DNA of 64,000 nucleotides from Alphaproteobacteria bacterium. GTDB taxonomy: Bacteria; Pseudomonadota; Alphaproteobacteria; SP197. A model generated the notes under the pieces. It was not told the DNA's origin and made no database searches. It was given only the letters and a program-made list of their open reading frames with translations. This document shows positions 58,378 through 64,000 of the stretch, piece by piece (the first letter of the stretch is position 1; the number at the start of each line of letters is the position of its first letter). The position numbers and the translations under genes were made by a program. Where the stretch lies: NCBI GenBank assembly GCA_965228895.1, contig OZ245842.1, positions 5,184,001 to 5,248,000 of the forward strand, written 5' to 3'.

Positions 58378-60063
58378 CTAACCCAGGCGCGTCGCCTTGT
58401 GGTGAGCGACAAAATGCGGCGGGTAGTCGTGTTTTTCGATGGCGATGTCGAGGAGATAGGGAAGGCCTTTCTTGTTCGCGGCCAGCGCGCGCTGAAGCGC
58501 CGGCTCGACATCGCTGGGATTGTCGACATGCTCGCTCTCACAGCCCTGGGCCGCCGCGATGGCCGTGAGATCGGCGCCGACCAGGAAGTTGGTCGCGACT
58601 TCCTGCTGGCCATTCAGAACCTGAGCATATTGCGGCCAGCCGAACGCCTTGTTGTTCAAGACGACCCAGGTGACGCCCAGTCGCTGCTCGGCGGCGGTGG
58701 CGAGCTCCATCATGGCCATCTGCATGGCGCCGTCGCCGGTGACGCAGACGATGTTCTTGTCGGGTGCTGAGAGTTTGGCGCCGATGGTGCCGATCACGCC
58801 CATGCCCATGGCCGTCTGCTCGCCCATGGGTATCGAGCAGCCGGCATCAAGCACCTTGTAATAGGGCCAGTAGTAGGACCACAGATCGGCGCCGCCGTTC
58901 TCATGCACGATGATGGTGTCGTGGCCGAAGACGTGGTTCAGCGCCTGCATGACCTGGCGGGTGCGGATCGGCGTCTTGGCTTGAGCGCTGTCGGCTTCTG
59001 TCTCGGCCAGATAGGCGGTGCGCGCGGTCTCGATCTTGCCGACCCGCTCCTGGCGATTGGTGTCGTCGATCGTCGGCAGCGCGTCCAGGATATCGGTCAG
59101 GCTCAGCGCCGCGTCGCCGGCGAGCGCGACGTCCGGGCGTTTGTTGAGCGCGATCGCCTCGGGCGCGATATCGAGCTGAACGTGTTTGACGCCATCCGGC
59201 CAATAGAGCCAGGCGCCGGTCGAGAAGTCCTCAAGACGCGTGCCGATGGTGAAGAAGAGATCGGCCTCGTCGTGATAGGCCTTGCCGGCTTCGGTGAAGT
59301 AGAGACCGGTCTGGCCAAGCGCCAGAGGATGGTCCTCGGCGATGATGCCGCGCCCGCCCGGCGTCGTCATGACCGGGGCGCCCAAGGTCTCGGCGAGTGC
59401 CTTGACCTGATCGAAAGCGCCCGACGAGACCGCGCCGCTGCCGCACCAGATAAGCGGGCGCTTTGCCTCGGCCAGCGCGGCCGCCGCTGCCGTGACGTCC
59501 GCGCCGTCGGGCCGGCTCAGATGGCGGCCCAGGGCCTTCTGGTAGGCCGGCATGGGAACAGCCTTGAGGCCGATATCCGACGGTACCTCGATGAAGACCG
59601 GACCGGGTCGGCCGTTGACGGCGAAATCGAAGGCGCGCGCGATGACCCAGGGCGTCGTCTGGGGATCGGTGATGCGAACCGCCCACTTGGTCACCGGCTT
59701 CAGATGGGCAATGGCGTCGAGCTCCTGGAACGCGCCCTGGCCGTCGGTCGCCAGCGGCACGCCGTTGGCCAGCGCGATCACCGGCAGCGACGCCGAATGG
59801 GCCTCGAGCAAGCCGGTCGCCAGATTGGTGATGCCGGGCCCGGGATTGCCGAAGCAGATCTCGGGACTGCCGGTCAGCCGCGCCGCGGCAAACGCGCAGG
59901 CGACGCCGGAGTGTTCATGACGGGTCAGGACGATGTCGATGCCCGTATGCTCGGCGATATCGGCGACCAAATGCAGGGGATTGCCAGGCATGCCATAGAG
60001 CCGCTCGACGCCCTCGGCCGCCAAGGCTTCGGCGATCGCCTGCCACGGGCTTTTGTTTTCCAT
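58378..60063 (-). CDS. Thiamine pyrophosphate-binding enzyme
   Basis: TRHE, GPGITN, QELD, GRPGPV, GDGAMQM..NN ThDP motif. Confidence 0.9.
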   Translation of the reverse strand: MENKSPWQAIAEALAAEGVERLYGMPGNPLHLVADIAEHTGIDIVLTRHEHSGVACAFAAARLTGSPEICFGNPGPGITNLATGLLEAHSASLPVIALANGVPLATDGQGAFQELDAIAHLKPVTKWAVRITDPQTTPWVIARAFDFAVNGRPGPVFIEVPSDIGLKAVPMPAYQKALGRHLSRPDGADVTAAAAALAEAKRPLIWCGSGAVSSGAFDQVKALAETLGAPVMTTPGGRGIIAEDHPLALGQTGLYFTEAGKAYHDEADLFFTIGTRLEDFSTGAWLYWPDGVKHVQLDIAPEAIALNKRPDVALAGDAALSLTDILDALPTIDDTNRQERVGKIETARTAYLAETEADSAQAKTPIRTRQVMQALNHVFGHDTIIVHENGGADLWSYYWPYYKVLDAGCSIPMGEQTAMGMGVIGTIGAKLSAPDKNIVCVTGDGAMQMAMMELATAAEQRLGVTWVVLNNKAFGWPQYAQVLNGQQEVATNFLVGADLTAIAAAQGCESEHVDNPSDVEPALQRALAANKKGLPYLLDIAIEKHDYPPHFVAHHKATRLG

Positions 60064-60146
60064 TATCCCCTCCCCGACTGGTTGTGGACCAAAGCCTAGA
60101 GCAGTCGGGCCGCTGGGGCATCCATCTAGGCGCGTGACAGCCGCCA

Positions 60147-60175
60147 TTGACGGGTGCCGGGCGAAACACTAGCTT
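60147..60175 (+). promoter_or_regulatory. Sigma70 promoter of tRNA-Thr
   Basis: TTGACG-N17-TAGCTT followed by a GC-rich discriminator. Confidence 0.65.
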
Positions 60176-60199
60176 CCGCGCCCATCAACGCACGGGTTC

Positions 60200-60274
<75 letters not shown>

Positions 60275-60340
60275 TTTTTTCGTGATAAATCAATGAGATA
60301 TAGACACGCCTCGGTTGGCGCAAAGTCCCTGATCGCCTAG

Positions 60341-60360
60341 TGGGTAACGTTCTGGGTAAC
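60341..60360. repeat. TGGGTAAC direct repeat, candidate integrase arm-type sites
   Basis: TGGGTAAC at 60341-60348 and 60353-60360, about 70 bp from the tRNA 3' end. Confidence 0.5.
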
Positions 60361-60439
60361 ATGAGAAGAAATCGTGGTAAGCGACTGGTCTGGCGCGTCG
60401 AGTGTCAGCTCGCTGGCGAGAATGGAGTAGCCCGTCAGA

Positions 60440-60505
60440 GATTCACGAGTCGAATCATCGACTTACGTAAGTTGTTGATTCCGCTCAGAGAATCCGTATG
60501 ATTCT
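60440..60505 (+). promoter_or_regulatory. TA promoter region with six GANTC sites, an IHF site and a -10 palindrome
   Basis: GANTC at 60440, 60447, 60452, 60477, 60490, 60500; TTGATT-N16-TATGAT; AATCAACAACTTA on the minus strand at 60468-60480; AGAATC-N5-GATTCT. Confidence 0.6.
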
Positions 60506-60518
60506 AGGCGCAATGAGC

Positions 60519-61067
60519 ATGGCTAATCAAAATCGCCCGAGGTATATGCCCAACACCAGCAAGGCGTTGGAAGTCATCCTGTGGTTGGGCACACGCCAAC
60601 GCGGTATCGATGTATATCACCTCGTCAAAGCAGCCTTCTTTGCCGATAAGTCCCACATCACTGAGTATGGTCGGCCCATCATTGGGGACGACTACGAGGC
60701 CAAGACGTATGGGCCGCTGCCTCGCGTGATCTATGGGTTGCTGAAACACGATCTGCTGGAGATCCAGGCGGCGGGCACGAACGGCAAGCTTCCGTTCGAA
60801 ATCAAGGACGCGTACTGCGTTTACCCTGACCGTCCACCTAACCTCAGAAGGCTCTCGCAGAGCGATGTCGAGGCGCTGGAGTACGGCTACGACATCGTGA
60901 AGGACAAGTCTTTCGACGAACTGGTTGAGCTAACCCACGACGACCCTGCCTATATCAATGCCGATGGCGGAATGATGGATTATCGAGACTTCATCCCGTC
61001 AGACGACCCCGAACGCGATGAAAAAGCTCAGGACATTCTAGAGGTCGCTAGATACGCAGTAGTATAA
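60519..61067 (+). CDS. Panacea (DUF4065, SocA/GepA) domain antitoxin
   Basis: K..FFADK.H..EYGRPI.GD.Y.A..YGP.P..IY..LK and L.ELTH..P motifs. In-frame starts at 60498, 60513 and 60519; 60498 lies inside the -10. Confidence 0.85.
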   Translation: MANQNRPRYMPNTSKALEVILWLGTRQRGIDVYHLVKAAFFADKSHITEYGRPIIGDDYEAKTYGPLPRVIYGLLKHDLLEIQAAGTNGKLPFEIKDAYCVYPDRPPNLRRLSQSDVEALEYGYDIVKDKSFDELVELTHDDPAYINADGGMMDYRDFIPSDDPERDEKAQDILEVARYAVV

Positions 61068-61071
61068 GGCC

Positions 61072-61422
61072 ATGTTTGCGCCTGGCGATGTGGTGTTGGT
61101 TTGGGACGCGTTCGTCCGACCACCCAAAGAGAAGCTGCATATTTGCATCTCTAACGAGAAGCAGCTGTTTCTGCGGATCAATAGCGCGCCTAGATACAAG
61201 CCTCATTTGAAGCTCGACGGATCATCAGACTTTCTCCGCCACGATAGCTACGTCGAGCTTACTCAGCTCGTCCGTCTTCGGCGATATGACATTGACAACG
61301 CTCGAACCTTAGGGCGCGTTTCGAAGCGCCAGGCCGCCGAGATTGTTGCGGCCGCGCAGTCGGCCAAGACACTGACAGCAGACCATGCGGACTTCATCGA
61401 AGAGTGCCTGCGGAGCGTGTAG
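61072..61422 (+). CDS. Putative toxin, divergent MazF/PemK-like
   Basis: PGDVVLV..P.K.K..ICIS..RINS..LRHDSYVELTQL..LGRV..EI pattern parallels MazF/NdoA; 4 bp after the Panacea gene. Confidence 0.6.
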   Translation: MFAPGDVVLVWDAFVRPPKEKLHICISNEKQLFLRINSAPRYKPHLKLDGSSDFLRHDSYVELTQLVRLRRYDIDNARTLGRVSKRQAAEIVAAAQSAKTLTADHADFIEECLRSV

Positions 61423-61645
61423 ATCCGCCAGCTACTTCACCGTTGGAAAATCCGTCTCGTTTTCTAATGGACAGCCGCCGATGATCAGCGCAGCATCATA
61501 AAGCGGAGCCCCACAGGTGCGCGAACACCCGTGAGGCCCCTGACCACAACGACCTACTGCACAGGTGCGTCATGGCTGCAAAACCACATACCACAATAGA
61601 GAACTGTTGCACGCCTCCAGTGGGTCTCAACCACGGGAGAAAACA

Positions 61646-62065
61646 ATGCACAGTATTTCACGACGTTCCGCGCTTACCGGTGCCGCTGCGATACCGGTAG
61701 CCGTGGCGGCCCCTGCCGTCGCCGGGGATCATCCAGACGCTGAGCTCATCGCCCTTTGGCATGAGCGGCAGCGCGTTGGCGACCTTCGGGATTGGCACGA
61801 TCACTCTGACGAGGCCCTGGATGCTCGTGGCGAAGCCATCCACGAAATCGGTAGGCGCATCGTGGCGACACCCGCACACACGCTAGAGGGCCTTGCCGTC
61901 AAGGTCCGCCTGTTCGGTGCAAACGAGATGCCCGGCAATCATGTACTCACCCAACCGCTCTATCAGGGCCTACTTGCGGATATCGAACGGCTCAACTGTG
62001 TCGCCTCCGAGCCAATGACAACGCGCGAGGACGAGCTGCTGATGGTTGGAGGTAGCCATGTCTAA
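61646..62065 (+). CDS. Prophage hypothetical protein with a twin-arginine-like N-terminus
   Basis: GGGAGA RBS; ISRRSALTGAAA..PDAELIAL..PAHTLEGLAVK. Confidence 0.7.
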   Translation: MHSISRRSALTGAAAIPVAVAAPAVAGDHPDAELIALWHERQRVGDLRDWHDHSDEALDARGEAIHEIGRRIVATPAHTLEGLAVKVRLFGANEMPGNHVLTQPLYQGLLADIERLNCVASEPMTTREDELLMVGGSHV

Positions 62066-62357
62066 TGAAAACCTAGAACGCGCAGCTGCAATGGCCGCCA
62101 GCACCGCCAATCTCACCGCGTATGCAGCGTCAAGACTTAAAACCTCCGTCTTGGATCTAGAGGCAGACTTAACGGACTTACGCGGGGCGGCGGCGACACT
62201 ACACCAACTTGCCATGAAGCCGTCAGCCACCGGGGGTTCTGACAGTGAACTCGACGATGCCCTAGCATATCTAGCTGGCAATATCGTCAGTTACTCCGAC
62301 AGTCTATGGCATACGTTCGAGGATCTGCTGGCCGCCCAATCGGAACAGCAACCGTGA
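62058..62357 (+). CDS. Prophage hypothetical helical protein
   Basis: GGAGG RBS; overlaps the upstream stop. Confidence 0.6.
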   Translation: MSNENLERAAAMAASTANLTAYAASRLKTSVLDLEADLTDLRGAAATLHQLAMKPSATGGSDSELDDALAYLAGNIVSYSDSLWHTFEDLLAAQSEQQP

Positions 62358-62636
62358 CTAACCGGGGCCGTCCATCGGGGCGGCCCCATTTTCCAGCCAT
62401 ACCATTGACCGTTCCCAATCGGCGCTGCCAAGCGTAGGTGTTACCTCGGTATAGGGCGCGATGGTAGCCCGGCCCTTGTCTGCCAACTCCTTCCTGTTGA
62501 CGTTGGGCGTGTTCCCAATCGTCCACCAGACACGATGAAGGCGGCAGACACCGTGAAGCTTCGTCGAGGTCATCACAATCTCATCGCAGTTGCCGCAGAA
62601 CGGGCAAGCCGGGAAGCCTCTATGGGCTCTGGTCAT
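62358..62636 (-). CDS. Small Cys/His-rich (zinc-finger-like) phage protein
   Basis: ATG 4 bp after the tail gene stop; CPFCGNC..CRLH. Confidence 0.5.
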   Translation of the reverse strand: MTRAHRGFPACPFCGNCDEIVMTSTKLHGVCRLHRVWWTIGNTPNVNRKELADKGRATIAPYTEVTPTLGSADWERSMVWLENGAAPMDGPG

Positions 62637-62640
62637 CGCG

Positions 62641-63663
62641 TTACTCGTAATTGATATTGACGCTGCCGCCATCGAAGTTGCCGCCGCCAACAGAGGTCAG
62701 GCGAACCCTGTCCAGCTCGGCTGTCAGTGTCTTCGTGCCCGCCATATAGGCGACGTTGTTCCCATTGTCGGCGGCTATCAGGCTTGTTGCCGCCCAGAGA
62801 TTCGTGGAGGAATTCAGAAGCTCTAGGTGAACCATGCCGTCAAGCTCGGTCGCTGCGCCCTGAAGGTTGAGGAGAATGAAACCGGATGAGTTGGCAACAC
62901 CCGCAGTTTGCGAAGAATCCACGTTGGAACCCGTGTACCCGGATGTCTCGATGCCACCGCTGTCGCCAAGTTGGATGATGATGTCGGACGAACCGCTAAG
63001 GCTGACACCGGCCAGCATAACGGTGATCTTCTTTGTCCCCGAAGGGATCGAGGTGAAGTCCTTTGTGGTGCCAGAAGTCGTCGCCTGTGGTGTCTCTAGC
63101 GTGATGCCGAACGTGGGCAAGTCCTGCATCGTCGGAGTGTTGCCCGCACCGTTCGAAGTCAGAACCTGCCCGGAGGTGCCCTCATCAATAGGCGTAATGC
63201 CGAAGGCAAACCAGTTCGTGCCGTCCGTGGAGATCTGGACGCCTTGCTGATCACCGAGGGTGAGGGTTGTCTCACCGTTGATAGTCTCCGACGCGTTGCC
63301 GTCCAAGGTGATGTCCGAGCCGCCGTCGTTCACAACCGTAAAGACGAACGGGACGCCAACCGTGCCTGCGGCGGGCGTGGTGATCGTGATGCTGCCCGCA
63401 GTGGCGCGAATCAGCTTGCCCTGATCGCTGGTTTGGACGGTGTAGTTGACGCCCGTCGCCGTGACACCCGCGCCGCCAATGACTTTCCCAAAGGCCGAGG
63501 TGATGGCTGTCCAGGTGGCTTCCAGCGCCGTCTTGATGGGGTCGGCAAGCTTGGTCTTGTGCTTTGCCCACGTAACCGTGTTGTCAGCGCCAGACGTACC
63601 GTCATCAGGCGGAGGCGTGGAGTTGTAGCCCGATATTGACGGTGGGGTGAAAGGGTTAGCCAT
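62641..63663 (-). CDS. Phage tail fibre / receptor-binding-like structural protein
   Basis: AGGA RBS; G/T/S-rich; STDGTNWF and GTSGQVLTSNGAG motifs; beta-rich C-terminal head. Confidence 0.65.
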   Translation of the reverse strand: MANPFTPPSISGYNSTPPPDDGTSGADNTVTWAKHKTKLADPIKTALEATWTAITSAFGKVIGGAGVTATGVNYTVQTSDQGKLIRATAGSITITTPAAGTVGVPFVFTVVNDGGSDITLDGNASETINGETTLTLGDQQGVQISTDGTNWFAFGITPIDEGTSGQVLTSNGAGNTPTMQDLPTFGITLETPQATTSGTTKDFTSIPSGTKKITVMLAGVSLSGSSDIIIQLGDSGGIETSGYTGSNVDSSQTAGVANSSGFILLNLQGAATELDGMVHLELLNSSTNLWAATSLIAADNGNNVAYMAGTKTLTAELDRVRLTSVGGGNFDGGSVNINYE

Positions 63664-63677
63664 TACTCATTCCTTGT

Positions 63678-64000
63678 TCAAAAGCCGCCATTGTTCCGCT
63701 TCCACTTTGCCATCTCGGAATCACTGGCATTGCGTGCCCACTCATCGAAGGCCTTGCTGTCGTCCTGAGCACCCGGTGTCTGTGCTGCCCTGACAGCTGA
63801 GGTCATAGCCTCCACGTCCGCCGTCACTTCAGGATCGGGCCGTGACGCCAGTTCCTTCTCCAGCGCCTTGGTGGCGCGCTTGAGGGCGCTGCCCCAAACG
63901 TCCGGTGCCTTGTTGCGGGCAGTAAAGGCAGCGGCGAAGCGCGGGTCGGTATAGAACTCTCCCAGCAGAAACTTCTTCACCGAGTCCTCTGATACCGCGC
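63678..64000 (-). CDS. Phage protein, 5'-truncated by the window edge
   Basis: Frame stays open to the window end; stop is 14 bp before the tail gene start. Confidence 0.6.
   Translation of the reverse strand, partial: AVSEDSVKKFLLGEFYTDPRFAAAFTARNKAPDVWGSALKRATKALEKELASRPDPEVTADVEAMTSAVRAAQTPGAQDDSKAFDEWARNASDSEMAKWKRNNGGF

Larger units (their letters stand above)
60275..64000. mobile_element. End of a probable prophage integrated at tRNA-Thr (continues beyond the window)
   Basis: Visible drop in GC and change in codon usage right after CCA; TGGGTAAC direct repeats; IHF consensus; TA module; tail-fibre-like gene. No integrase in the window. Confidence 0.75.

Overview
High-GC alphaproteobacterial chromosome segment, inferred from the htpX-rsmB-rpe-heparinase cluster and the EVE-yciI-gpsA-tsaD / hemC-hemD-COG4223-hemY cluster. 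Four blocks. (1) 1-21.5 kb: a co-directional surface-glycan locus, open at the left edge. It has an APS kinase, an oxidoreductase, a NeuB-SAF-cupin fusion, a HAD phosphatase, a CMP-nonulosonate synthetase, gmd, an epimerase, six GT-B/GT4-type genes and one GT2, four SAM methyltransferases and two AsnB-type amidotransferases. (2) 21.5-28.8 kb: core genes, including a 54-aa DUF1674 gene missed by the ORF track. (3) 28.7-60.1 kb: metabolic and regulatory genes (MarR operon, MocR regulon with two matching operators, speB, acs, gpsA, tsaD, hem/Mic60 operon and others). (4) tRNA-Thr(CGT) at 60200-60274, followed by the end of a probable prophage. The most unusual signal is at this prophage edge: a Panacea (DUF4065/SocA) antitoxin plus a divergent MazF/PemK-like gene. 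Their putative promoter carries six GANTC (CcrM) sites in 65 bp, a GcrA-type motif, a perfect IHF consensus and a palindrome over the -10, which suggests a methylation-gated toxin-antitoxin or defence module. No rRNA, CRISPR array or integrase was seen. All calls are by-eye motif recognition; no database search was run.
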